The notes under the pieces: model-generated
Seen by the model: only the letters and a program-made list of their open reading frames with translations
Databases searched by the model: none
What the model was told of the DNA's origin: nothing
Part shown: positions 11,117 through 19,255 of the stretch, piece by piece
Layout: the number at the start of each line of letters is the position of its first letter
How positions within the stretch are numbered: position 1 is the first letter of the stretch
Translations under genes and position numbers: made by a program
IMG/VR virus record: IMGVR_UViG_3300020048_006428
Span: 1 to 64,000 of that record
Strand: one strand, 5' to 3'
Length of the DNA stretch: 64,000 bases
Source: a virus
Taxonomy: Duplodnaviria; Heunggongvirae; Uroviricota; Caudoviricetes

Positions 11117-12019
11117 ATGAATATAAGAGAAGTTAGAGATTACTACAATAAAAAACCAATTGAGTTTGTAGTCAAGGATAATTATAACCTTAATGAGGAT
11201 AATCTTTATATTCCTAGATTCCAGCTTAAAAATGTTAAAGAAATCGCTGATATTCCAATTAATAAACCAATGAAAGCATCACAGGATATTATAATAAAAG
11301 CCATTAAATATGGTATGATTTTTCTTATAAGTTACAAAGGTGAAAAAGATACTAGATTTATGGGTTCGGAAAGGGTTATATATCCTATGGTAATTGGTAA
11401 ATCATCTAAAGGTAATATATTAATTAGAGGATATCACTTGAATGGTTGGTCAGTTTCAAATAATAGACACATTGATAAAATATGGAGAATGTTTAGATTA
11501 GATAGAATATTATCAATAACATTTACTGGATCATTTTATAGACTACCACCTGCTGGTTATAATATGGATGATAAAGGTATGCGTGGTGGTATAATAGCTA
11601 AAGCCGATTTTAATGAAATAAGAAAAAATCAACAAACGTTAGTAAAAGCCCAAGAAATTCAAAATAAAGAAGATGTTACATTAGGTGATGAAGAAAGAAA
11701 ATTTGTTACAGTAAAAGCTAGAGTAACAGATACACAATTAGATTTAAATAATCCAATGGATAATGCTTATATTAATAATTTAAAAGATTTAAATATATTA
11801 AGATTATCTTTCTTAAAAAGTATCTATGGGAATGTTTATATTGCTATATTAGGCGCTCTTGGACAACAGGGAAACACAGTTAAGGTAATTAATGATAAAG
11901 GTGGAAATGTTGGTGTATTTAAGGTATTAGATTCAATAGGGGGTGATGTTCTTAAAAAAATAAAAAAAGTTAAAGGTAATGCTATATTTGACCTTTATTT
12001 ATTTGACACGAAAATATGA
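11117..12019 (+). CDS. WYL-domain protein
   Basis: ISYKG...RVIYP...LIRGY...WRMFRLDRILSI matches the WYL pattern. Confidence 0.7.
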   Translation: MNIREVRDYYNKKPIEFVVKDNYNLNEDNLYIPRFQLKNVKEIADIPINKPMKASQDIIIKAIKYGMIFLISYKGEKDTRFMGSERVIYPMVIGKSSKGNILIRGYHLNGWSVSNNRHIDKIWRMFRLDRILSITFTGSFYRLPPAGYNMDDKGMRGGIIAKADFNEIRKNQQTLVKAQEIQNKEDVTLGDEERKFVTVKARVTDTQLDLNNPMDNAYINNLKDLNILRLSFLKSIYGNVYIAILGALGQQGNTVKVINDKGGNVGVFKVLDSIGGDVLKKIKKVKGNAIFDLYLFDTKI

Positions 12020-12429
12020 AATACTTAAAATTATTTGAAAATTTCGAAGAAACAATATTCCAACTTAGGAATGTTCGTGTTATTATGCATATTAATGGAA
12101 TCATTAAATTAAGCGTAGAAAAAGAACATGATAGTAATATTAAAATTTATAATGAAGTCCCAAATGTAGGAGGATATTCTATTATAACATTTAAACAACC
12201 AAGTCTTGATGAATATAAAACAATTTTAGAACCATATGGATATAAAATCACTTATGGTATAACAGGACAACCATTCGAAAATAAAAATGGAGATGAGATG
12301 TTATTTATATTTGACATTGGTGATTATTGGTATATTTTAAGCTATTATGATTTCAAACAATTAAAACAAGAACATTATTTGATAGATGATAAAACAAATC
12401 TAATTAAAAAAATAAAAGAATTAATATGA
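12016..12429 (+). CDS. Hypothetical protein with MKYLKLFENF leader
   Basis: ORF, shared leader. Confidence 0.65.
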   Translation: MKYLKLFENFEETIFQLRNVRVIMHINGIIKLSVEKEHDSNIKIYNEVPNVGGYSIITFKQPSLDEYKTILEPYGYKITYGITGQPFENKNGDEMLFIFDIGDYWYILSYYDFKQLKQEHYLIDDKTNLIKKIKELI

Positions 12430-12992
12430 AATTTTTAAAAAATTGGAAAATATTTGAGAAAACTGTCTTAACAGAGGATCTCTTTAAAAAAGAAGCTGAT
12501 GAATTATATACAAAAATTCAATTTGAAATAGAATCACTACCAAATAATAATCCAACTAAAATTGATTATTTAGATTTTATATCAAGTTTTGGCGAAGGAA
12601 ATTGGTCAGAATCGGATAGAAATAAATTGAAAAAATACCTTAAAATAAAAGGTGTTGAAATGGGATTGATAAATCCTATCGGTGGATATAAAAAAGATAT
12701 ACAATTGACAACTGATGAAACAAAATGGAATAATTATGTCAAAACTATAAAAATTGAAATTGATGATTATATTAAGAATATAAAAGAACAATTAAATGAT
12801 AGAAATTATAAAGCCACTAATCCAGAAGTAAAATCAACTATTTTAGAATTAATTACCCAAATAAAAAAAGAATTATCTAAACTAAATAAAAATAAAATAG
12901 ACAAATCTATTGAAAAAAATATAGACAAATTAAAATTTGATTTGGATAATTCAATTAAAAAATTAGATTTGAAATTTCACATTAAAAAATAA
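12426..12992 (+). CDS. Hypothetical coiled-coil protein with leader variant MKFLKNWKIFE
   Basis: ORF, ATGA overlap. Confidence 0.6.
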   Translation: MKFLKNWKIFEKTVLTEDLFKKEADELYTKIQFEIESLPNNNPTKIDYLDFISSFGEGNWSESDRNKLKKYLKIKGVEMGLINPIGGYKKDIQLTTDETKWNNYVKTIKIEIDDYIKNIKEQLNDRNYKATNPEVKSTILELITQIKKELSKLNKNKIDKSIEKNIDKLKFDLDNSIKKLDLKFHIKK

Positions 12993-13003
12993 ACAATTTA
13001 AAC

Positions 13004-13369
13004 ATGAATAATATATATCTTATAGATATTGATGGAACAATATGTGACGATATAAAAAATGAAGATAGTCATTTATTCCCATATGCTGAACACTTCCCTG
13101 ATGCTTTATTACATTTAAATAAATGGTATGATGAAGGAAACATCATTACTTTTTTTACTGCAAGACAATCAAAGGATAGGCTTGTTACAGAAAAATGGTT
13201 AAATGAAAAAGGATTTAAATATCATGGTTTGGTAATGGATAAACCAAGAATAAAAGATGGTCAAGAATATATCTGGATTGATAATAGAAAAGTAAGGGCA
13301 GTTACATATTTAGGAAATTGGTCTGATTTAGTAGAAGTTGATACAAAAATAAAAATTTTTAAAAAATAA
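13004..13369 (+). CDS. Minimal HAD-superfamily phosphatase
   Basis: DIDGT motif I, FFTAR motif II, K..IDNR motifs III/IV. Confidence 0.8.
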   Translation: MNNIYLIDIDGTICDDIKNEDSHLFPYAEHFPDALLHLNKWYDEGNIITFFTARQSKDRLVTEKWLNEKGFKYHGLVMDKPRIKDGQEYIWIDNRKVRAVTYLGNWSDLVEVDTKIKIFKK

Positions 13370-13382
13370 ATAAATTATATAT

Positions 13383-13523
13383 ATGAAAAAAATTATATTA
13401 ATACTCGCTGTTTTATTTGCTGTTTCTTGCACAGCCACTAAACATAATTGTTGTAAAACAAAAGAAAAACAAGAAAAAAAATGTTGTAAAAAAGATACAG
13501 TTAAACATTGTGATAAAAAATAA
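13383..13523 (+). CDS. Small Cys/Lys-rich lipoprotein (not in ORF track)
   Basis: MKKIILILAVLFAVSC lipobox then TATKHNCCKTKEKQEKKCCKKDTVKHCDKK. Confidence 0.65.
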   Translation: MKKIILILAVLFAVSCTATKHNCCKTKEKQEKKCCKKDTVKHCDKK

Positions 13524-13622
13524 TTTTTTATATGACATTAGTTAATTTCTTTAAGGAATATTCAAAATCTTTAAGGAAATTAAAGCTATATAAAATTTTA
13601 GAAAAAATTTATTCCAATAAAG

Positions 13623-13811
13623 ATGATAAAAAGTTATAGTAATTATAATGATTATATTGCTGAACGTACAAAGGATATTTCTTATGCTGATTATATTGCT
13701 GAACGTATAATGGGTATTTCTTATGCTGATTATATTTCATCAATTGGGATGATGATATATAGACATTATAAATTAGCTTGTCTATTAGACAAAATAAATA
13801 ACACAAAATAA
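13623..13811 (+). CDS. Small protein with ISYADYIAE tandem repeats
   Basis: 39-bp tandem repeat (about 2.3 copies) encoding DYIAER..ISYA. Confidence 0.45.
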   Translation: MIKSYSNYNDYIAERTKDISYADYIAERIMGISYADYISSIGMMIYRHYKLACLLDKINNTK

Positions 13812-13896
13812 ATTATGCCATTACCACATTTTTTCACCAAAAGAGAAATACTAATAAAAAGATTAATAAGATTATTAAAAAAAATAAAACTATACA

Positions 13897-14388
13897 ATGA
13901 ATGTATATAATGATGAGGAACTAAGTAGAATAAATAAAGTAAAAGAAACTAATGATAAATTAGAAGAGTTTTTTAATTTAAAAAGAGATGAATGGGCAAA
14001 TAATGTACTCCCTTTATTTGAAGTTATAAAAACCAGTTTTACTGTCCAAGATTCTATTAAAATAATAGATGTACAAGCTTTTGCATTGACTTACAGACAA
14101 AATATAAATGAACAAATATCTTTTTTCCTAAACAAACGAAGTAAAGAAGAAGTAAAAATAAAAAAACTAAAACAAGATAAATTTATATTTTATGCAACCG
14201 GTTTTGGTCTAAAAACAAATTTATCAGAAAAGGGAATTTTAATAGATGCTCATATTGCCGAAAATGATAGAAATATTCAATTGATAGAAAATTATATTGA
14301 ATTTTTAAGAGCAACTTCTAAAAACTTAGAAAGTTTAAGTTATACAATTAAAAACATAATCGAACTAATGAATTATTTGGGTAGATAA
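13897..14388 (+). CDS. UvsY-like recombination mediator
   Basis: Helical 163 aa; C-terminus LESLSYTIKNIIELMNYLG resembles the T4-type UvsY end. Confidence 0.55.
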   Translation: MNVYNDEELSRINKVKETNDKLEEFFNLKRDEWANNVLPLFEVIKTSFTVQDSIKIIDVQAFALTYRQNINEQISFFLNKRSKEEVKIKKLKQDKFIFYATGFGLKTNLSEKGILIDAHIAENDRNIQLIENYIEFLRATSKNLESLSYTIKNIIELMNYLGR

Positions 14389-14401
14389 AAATTAATAAAA
14401 T

Positions 14402-15190
14402 ATGAGTTCAACAAAACTATCACTAAAATTTAATAAAGATAACTTTTCAGATTTCGTTTCTAAACTACAAGATCTAAGTCAAATAGAAGATGTAATAAAA
14501 CTAAAAATAGATTCTGATAAAATATTAATGTATTCAGTCTTATCTAACGAAGCAAGTATTTTAGCCCTAAAAAACTTTACTGTTAATACAATAGAATATA
14601 TTGAAAACTTTAATAAAGAAGAAACCTACGACTTTATAATAACATCAGCAGTTAAATTTGTAAAAAATCTTAAATTTTTCAATTCCGATATACCAATTAA
14701 ATTAGATTTGGTTTCTAAAAAAGATTCCGATGATGATTCTATACTACACGTTAGGTCAGCACAATTTTCAAATGGTAAATTGAAAATTTCTTGTATAGGT
14801 GGTGAACAATTTAAAATAAAAGATATATCTTCTGAGGTAATAGAAAGTAGATTAAATCCAAAAATGGCAAAATGGTCATTTAAAATGTCAAAGGAAGACT
14901 TTAGTAGTGTTAAAAAATTATCTTCTATAAATAATGAAGATAGAATTTTAAATATAAGTGTATTAAATGGAAAAGTCTACTTAAATGAAGTATCTAAATG
15001 GGAACTTGAAGTTGATGAAGTAGATATTAAAAATGAACAATTGACATTTATAAAGAAATATTTAAGTAATATAAATGATAATAATGATTATATAAACTTT
15101 AGTATATTCCCATCATTTATTTTAATTAAAGATAATAATTCTAACCTAATGTTAAGTTTTGAAACTGATTTTAGTGATGACGAAGATTAA
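14402..15190 (+). CDS. Putative DNA sliding clamp (gp45/PCNA-like)
   Basis: 262 aa with alternating alpha/beta two-domain pattern, next to UvsY-like gene. Confidence 0.45.
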   Translation: MSSTKLSLKFNKDNFSDFVSKLQDLSQIEDVIKLKIDSDKILMYSVLSNEASILALKNFTVNTIEYIENFNKEETYDFIITSAVKFVKNLKFFNSDIPIKLDLVSKKDSDDDSILHVRSAQFSNGKLKISCIGGEQFKIKDISSEVIESRLNPKMAKWSFKMSKEDFSSVKKLSSINNEDRILNISVLNGKVYLNEVSKWELEVDEVDIKNEQLTFIKKYLSNINDNNDYINFSIFPSFILIKDNNSNLMLSFETDFSDDED

Positions 15191-15233
15191 AAAAACATAA
15201 GATTTTTCTTATTTTTTTTTAATATATATAATT

Positions 15234-15794
15234 ATGAAATACATAAAATTTTTCGAAAAATTCAGAACACAAGATGATACATCTGATTTACTAATATCCC
15301 TATTAGATGCAGGTGATATAGTAGAAATGGCACATAATATATCATACTCCCTCAGGTATAGTCAAATACGATTATCTACGCACTATAAGATAACATTACC
15401 ATCAACTACATTAGAAGAATTGGAAGCTTATTCTAATTTCCTAAATAAATTAGTTAGGCTATGTAAAAAATGGAATCTAATTGTATATTTTCAAGGTATT
15501 CAATTTGAAATAATTCAAGTTTTATATACTGACAATAATGAATTTTTAATAAATTCAACTGGAAATGTGGCTTATATGAGGATGGGGATTAGACTAAACC
15601 CACCTGATAATATATCTATAGATAGTGCAAGTATAAGTTATAATGACAACGAATTATATTTAATAATATATCTTAAAAAAGAGGAGAATAGAAATCCATC
15701 AGAAATAATTGAATTGTTAAATAAGACTGGTGATTATAAAGAAATAACATATTCACAAATTTCTGGTGCATATAAATTAACATACAATATATGA
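15234..15794 (+). CDS. Hypothetical protein with MKYIKFFEKF leader
   Basis: ORF behind TTAATATATA at 15219-15228. Confidence 0.6.
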   Translation: MKYIKFFEKFRTQDDTSDLLISLLDAGDIVEMAHNISYSLRYSQIRLSTHYKITLPSTTLEELEAYSNFLNKLVRLCKKWNLIVYFQGIQFEIIQVLYTDNNEFLINSTGNVAYMRMGIRLNPPDNISIDSASISYNDNELYLIIYLKKEENRNPSEIIELLNKTGDYKEITYSQISGAYKLTYNI

Positions 15795-15801
15795 AATACT
15801 T

Positions 15802-15839
15802 AAAAAAAAGCAGATACATTTTAATGTATCTGCTTTTTT
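15802..15839. terminator. Bidirectional terminator
   Basis: aaaaaagcagatacatt/aatgtatctgctttttt between convergent genes. Confidence 0.75.
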
Positions 15840-15840
15840 A

Positions 15841-16191
15841 TTAATCAGTAATATCTTGACATTCTGATATATCATATTTTTTCAATATCTTACCATCTTT
15901 TTTGATTATCAAATCAAGATTACTTGAATAATAACCATTGTTATAACCATGTCCTGCAATTCTAACAGAATGTCCACGTATTGGTATTAATTCAATTCCA
16001 TAATCAGGTATTCTTTTGAAGAAATCCCCTGTTAAATCAAATTCCAATCCTTCAAAATCAGACATAACTAAATCACCTAAATTTAATTCGTGCCATTCAC
16101 AACAATCAGAATCATGGTTTGAAGATAATGTTACACCATCTTCAAAATAAATAGCTTGTGAATTTACTTTTAATACTTTTAATCTTTTCAT
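15841..16191 (-). CDS. Hypothetical phage protein
   Basis: HDSDCCE and GYNNGYYS motifs recurrent in phage proteins. Confidence 0.65.
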   Translation of the reverse strand: MKRLKVLKVNSQAIYFEDGVTLSSNHDSDCCEWHELNLGDLVMSDFEGLEFDLTGDFFKRIPDYGIELIPIRGHSVRIAGHGYNNGYYSSNLDLIIKKDGKILKKYDISECQDITD

Positions 16192-16220
16192 ATTATTGTT
16201 TTTTTAATCTTTTAAAAATG

Positions 16221-16310
16221 TACCCAAGGTGAGATTCGAACTCACAACGTTTTCCGCTAGGGTATTGGGTTCTTAAGCCAATGCGTTTCAACCAGTTTCG
16301 CCACTTAGGT
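16221..16310 (-). tRNA. tRNA-Leu (AAG by canonical register; TAA if loop is shifted)
   Basis: acctaag/cttgggt acceptor, GCG/CGC D stem, ttggc-TTAAGAA-cccaa anticodon arm with C31xC39, long variable arm, GTTCGAATC. Confidence 0.8.
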
Positions 16311-16642
16311 ATAAAATATTATCAATTAAATAATTTCTGTATTCTTGTTTAAAATCTATAATATTATATTCATTCCAATCACTATAATGCAAATAATCAT
16401 CAGATTTTCTTGTATAAAATTGGAATTCATTATCAATTCTTATTAATGCAATATTTTGATTATCTGATAAATAACGTGAAAAATGTTCAACAGAACGGCC
16501 TTGAACAAATGAACCTTTTGAAAATGTAATATTTTGTTTTAAACTTAAAGACAAAAAATTTTTTAAAGCTGTATTATCACCACAAAAAAAGCTGTATTTT
16601 TATTGTTTATAATTTCAATTATATTCATATTAAATTTTTTTG

Positions 16643-16713
16643 ATCCCCCAAGCAGATTTGAACTGCTATCTATATCTTACCAAGATATCATTCTACCATT
16701 GAAATATAAGGGC
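16643..16713 (-). tRNA. tRNA-Thr(GGT)
   Basis: atatc-TTGGTAA-gatat anticodon arm, agcag-TTCAAAT-ctgct T arm; G1xA72. Confidence 0.85.
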
Positions 16714-16720
16714 ATAAATT

Positions 16721-16795
16721 TGGAACGCACAGTGGGGCATGATCCCACGTTTCCGGTTTTGCAGACCGGTGCCTAAACCACTCGACCATATGCGC
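16721..16795 (-). tRNA. tRNA-Cys(GCA), CCA encoded
   Basis: ccggt-CTGCAAA-accgg; U73; atypical T-loop ATCATGC. Confidence 0.85.
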
Positions 16796-16804
16796 GTATT
16801 GTTG

Positions 16805-16878
16805 TTGGATTAATTGGATTTGAACCAATGACATCTTCGGTATCAGCGAAGTACTCTAACCAACTGAGCTATAATCCA
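16805..16878 (-). tRNA. tRNA-Ile(GAT)
   Basis: TAGCTCAGTTGGTTAGAG D arm, cttcg-CTGATAC-cgaag. Confidence 0.9.
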
Positions 16879-16889
16879 TTATAATTAAG

Positions 16890-16963
16890 AGGTTCAGGTC
16901 GGATTTGAACCGACGATCTCTTGAATGTAAATCAAGTACCTTAGACCACTTGGCGACTGAACC
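16890..16963 (-). tRNA. tRNA-Val(TAC)
   Basis: ggttcag/ctgaacc acceptor, cttga-TTTACAT-tcaag, GTTCAAATC. Confidence 0.85.
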
Positions 16964-16974
16964 TTATATTTTTG

Positions 16975-17047
16975 TAGAACAGATAGGATTTGAACCTACA
17001 ACCTTCCGATTCGTATTCGGAGACTTTTCCAATTAAGTTACTGTTCC
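16975..17047 (-). tRNA. tRNA-Arg(ACG)
   Basis: tccga-ATACGAA-tcgga, GTTCAAATC. Confidence 0.85.
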
Positions 17048-17052
17048 ATTTT

Positions 17053-17128
17053 TGGATCCCACAGACAGCAACGATCTGTCAACCCCAGTTTACAAGACTG
17101 GTATTTTGCCAATTTAAACTATGTGGGC
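17053..17128 (-). tRNA. tRNA-Thr(TGT), CCA encoded
   Basis: ccagt-CTTGTAA-actgg; G1xA72; atypical T-loop ATCGTTG. Confidence 0.85.
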
Positions 17129-17160
17129 ATATATGGCTACTAAAAAAGTAGCCTTTTTAA

Positions 17161-17433
17161 TTATTTATTTTGACTTTCAATGTATGAATATGGCGATCCA
17201 TCAACATAAACTATGTTCTTGAAACCATTTGCTTCTGTTATTATTGATTCTTGTTCTGTTACACCAGCTCTATATTTTTCACCATAATTTCCTTCTATCT
17301 TACCTGTTGCTGGATTAACATCGCCCCAAACTTCACCTTTATACTTTTCATTTGGTATGATTGGTTCTACACAATAAACTTTACCTGTTTTTAGATTCGT
17401 CACAAAATGACGACCATAACCACCTTCTTTCAT
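17161..17433 (-). CDS. Hypothetical protein inside tRNA array
   Basis: 90 aa ORF with WGDVNPATGK motif. Confidence 0.65.
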   Translation of the reverse strand: MKEGGYGRHFVTNLKTGKVYCVEPIIPNEKYKGEVWGDVNPATGKIEGNYGEKYRAGVTEQESIITEANGFKNIVYVDGSPYSYIESQNK

Positions 17434-17455
17434 AATAATAAATTTAATTTTTTAG

Positions 17456-17544
17456 TAGAGTAGACAAGACTCGAACTTGCAGCGTTGTAATAAATAACAC
17501 TTAATCCCAAATTAAGGCGGCTTCCATTTACCGGTTACTACTCT
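17456..17544 (-). tRNA. tRNA-Pro(TGG) with enlarged variable region
   Basis: agagtag/ctactct acceptor, cttaa-TTTGGGA-ttaag, GTTCGAGTC, about 19-nt variable region. Confidence 0.8.
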
Positions 17545-17552
17545 ATATTTTG

Positions 17553-17635
17553 TTGGTGCAGTGGGATTTGAACCCACATTTATCAACTTACCAATTACAG
17601 TTCTCCATCTTATCAGGATGGGCTGGTATGCACCA
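17553..17635 (-). tRNA. Non-canonical D-armless tRNA-Ile(GAT)-like RNA
   Basis: tggtgca/tgcacca acceptor, 7-nt linker instead of D arm, ccatc-CTGATAA-gatgg, 27-nt variable region, gtggg-TTCAAAT-cccac. Confidence 0.7.
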
Positions 17636-17646
17636 TTATAAACCTA

Positions 17647-18465
17647 CTACTCTATATTTTTGTTTTTAATCCATTTTCTAACTGCATTATCACTTACTCC
17701 ATATTTTTTACCAGTTGCAACATAACCATACTCTTCAATTTCTTTCAATAATTCTTCTACAGAAGGTCGAATTACTTTTCTAAAGTCTATTCTATTACAA
17801 ATTATACACTTTTTAGAATTTTTATTTATTTCACTTCCACAAACACAAAAATTAGATATTTTTTTCTTATTTTTTCCTACGTGTGTGTCTAATCCAGCAT
17901 TGCAATTAGGACAAACAATTCTTAAATTTTCTAATCTGTTGTCATCATAAATACCATTTATGTGATCTATTATCAATGAAATCTTCATTCCGTTCCATTC
18001 TTCTCCTTGTCCACATAGTTTACACTTTCTTTCTAATATACCATCATCATATAATCTTTTTTTAAGATGTGTTCTACTATATGTAGAATTTTGTACTAAA
18101 ATTTCATCAAGTGATTTCTTTTCCTTTAGTAAATTTCTTTTTGCTACTTCTTTTGCTGATTCAAAATGTTCTATTGATATATTATAAATATCAATATATT
18201 TTTTTAAAATTTTATAATTACCACCAGCTGCCCTTAATCCCATTTTAACTAAAGATTCTTTATATGATGATGATTCTGATATAATTTTACTTAAAAATTC
18301 CTTTTCATATATTCCCCTATTTTTAACATAGGATATATTTAACATATTTGCCTTTTTCCTTATTGCGTAAATTTTTCTATCAAGAAAATCAGAACAATAT
18401 TTAGCTCCTTTGTTATAATTTTCTATTAAGAAATCAATTTCTTTTTCTGTCCATTTTTTACTCAT
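17647..18465 (-). CDS. HNH homing endonuclease inserted in tRNA array
   Basis: CKLC...IDHING...NRLENLRIVCPNCN; C-terminal HTH (KYGVSDNAVRKW). Confidence 0.85.
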   Translation of the reverse strand: MSKKWTEKEIDFLIENYNKGAKYCSDFLDRKIYAIRKKANMLNISYVKNRGIYEKEFLSKIISESSSYKESLVKMGLRAAGGNYKILKKYIDIYNISIEHFESAKEVAKRNLLKEKKSLDEILVQNSTYSRTHLKKRLYDDGILERKCKLCGQGEEWNGMKISLIIDHINGIYDDNRLENLRIVCPNCNAGLDTHVGKNKKKISNFCVCGSEINKNSKKCIICNRIDFRKVIRPSVEELLKEIEEYGYVATGKKYGVSDNAVRKWIKNKNIE

Positions 18466-18552
18466 AAAATAAATCTAATTTTTAATTATATATATAAAAT
18501 ATATCAATTTCCATTTAGACTTTTATATAAATTTCAACTTAGACTTTATTTG

Positions 18553-18625
18553 TTATCACGGAAGGACTTGAACCTTCAAAATCCATATTCAAAGTATGGT
18601 GACTTTACCATTCGTCTACGTGACA
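18553..18625 (-). tRNA. tRNA-Gln(TTG)
   Basis: tgtcacg/cgtgata acceptor, ccata-CTTTGAA-tatgg. Confidence 0.9.
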
Positions 18626-18638
18626 ATATTTGTTAAAA

Positions 18639-18670
18639 TAAAAAATCCCAAAATCTTTTTAGATATTGGG
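18639..18670 (-). terminator. Attenuator-type intrinsic terminator upstream of the tRNA array
   Basis: Minus strand CCCAAtATCT-aaaa-AGATtTTGGG then ATTTTTT, ending about 14 nt before tRNA-Gln. Confidence 0.65.
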
Positions 18671-18705
18671 TCTTACATATATTTAATAGTATTTATTTTA
18701 CTTCA

Positions 18706-18807
18706 TCATGAAGCTACTTTTAAATTAGCAAAACCCTGTCCATTCGGAGTCTGGCGACACACCGTTTGAATGATATTGAGAATTGTGTTTTTAATTGTAG
18801 TTTTCAT
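18706..18807 (-). CDS. Putative leader peptide of tRNA operon, MKTTIKNTILNIIQTVCRQTPNGQGFANLKVAS (not in ORF track)
   Basis: 33-codon ORF between promoter motifs and terminator; central codons match anticodons of the downstream tRNAs. Confidence 0.7.
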   Translation of the reverse strand: MKTTIKNTILNIIQTVCRQTPNGQGFANLKVAS

Positions 18808-18861
18808 AATAGTATATATTAAATATTTTAAGTCCCTTTTGGTTAATTTCAATTTATATTA

Positions 18862-18869
18862 CAAATATA
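18862..18869 (-). promoter_or_regulatory. Bacteroidota-type -7 box TATATTTG for the tRNA operon leader
   Basis: TAnnTTTG 55 nt upstream of the leader ATG; late motif also at 18813-18822. Confidence 0.55.
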
Positions 18870-18928
18870 AGTAAAAGTTTTTAATATTTTTTTAATTAAT
18901 GTATTTATTTTTCAAACGTTATATTCAA

Positions 18929-19216
18929 TTAAAAAATTATTTCGATTTTATGTAAAAACATTATTCTATTTATAGTTATTCGTTTAAGTTCAAAATAAGG
19001 TATTGATAATTTACTTTCTTCAATAGTGATAAAATCTTCCCAGTGAGATACATCTAATATAGCTCTTTTTAAATTCTCTAAGTTTTCATAACTAATGTCA
19101 GTGCTAACAGCAGATAAACGCAATTCAGCATAATCTTCAAAATATTTTTCAATTTGTTCTATTGTAAAATCACTTGGATTATTTACAATGTTTTGTGTTA
19201 AGATTTTAATATTCAT
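18929..19216 (-). CDS. Hypothetical protein
   Basis: 95 aa ORF in minus-strand run. Confidence 0.5.
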   Translation of the reverse strand: MNIKILTQNIVNNPSDFTIEQIEKYFEDYAELRLSAVSTDISYENLENLKRAILDVSHWEDFITIEESKLSIPYFELKRITINRIMFLHKIEIIF

Positions 19217-19255
19217 GTTTCTATATTTTTAAATTTAATTAAAATTTCCATATTA

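Noticed and set aside
13650-13738. 39-bp repeat as mini-CRISPR
   Set aside because: Only about 2.3 tandem copies, in frame, no spacers
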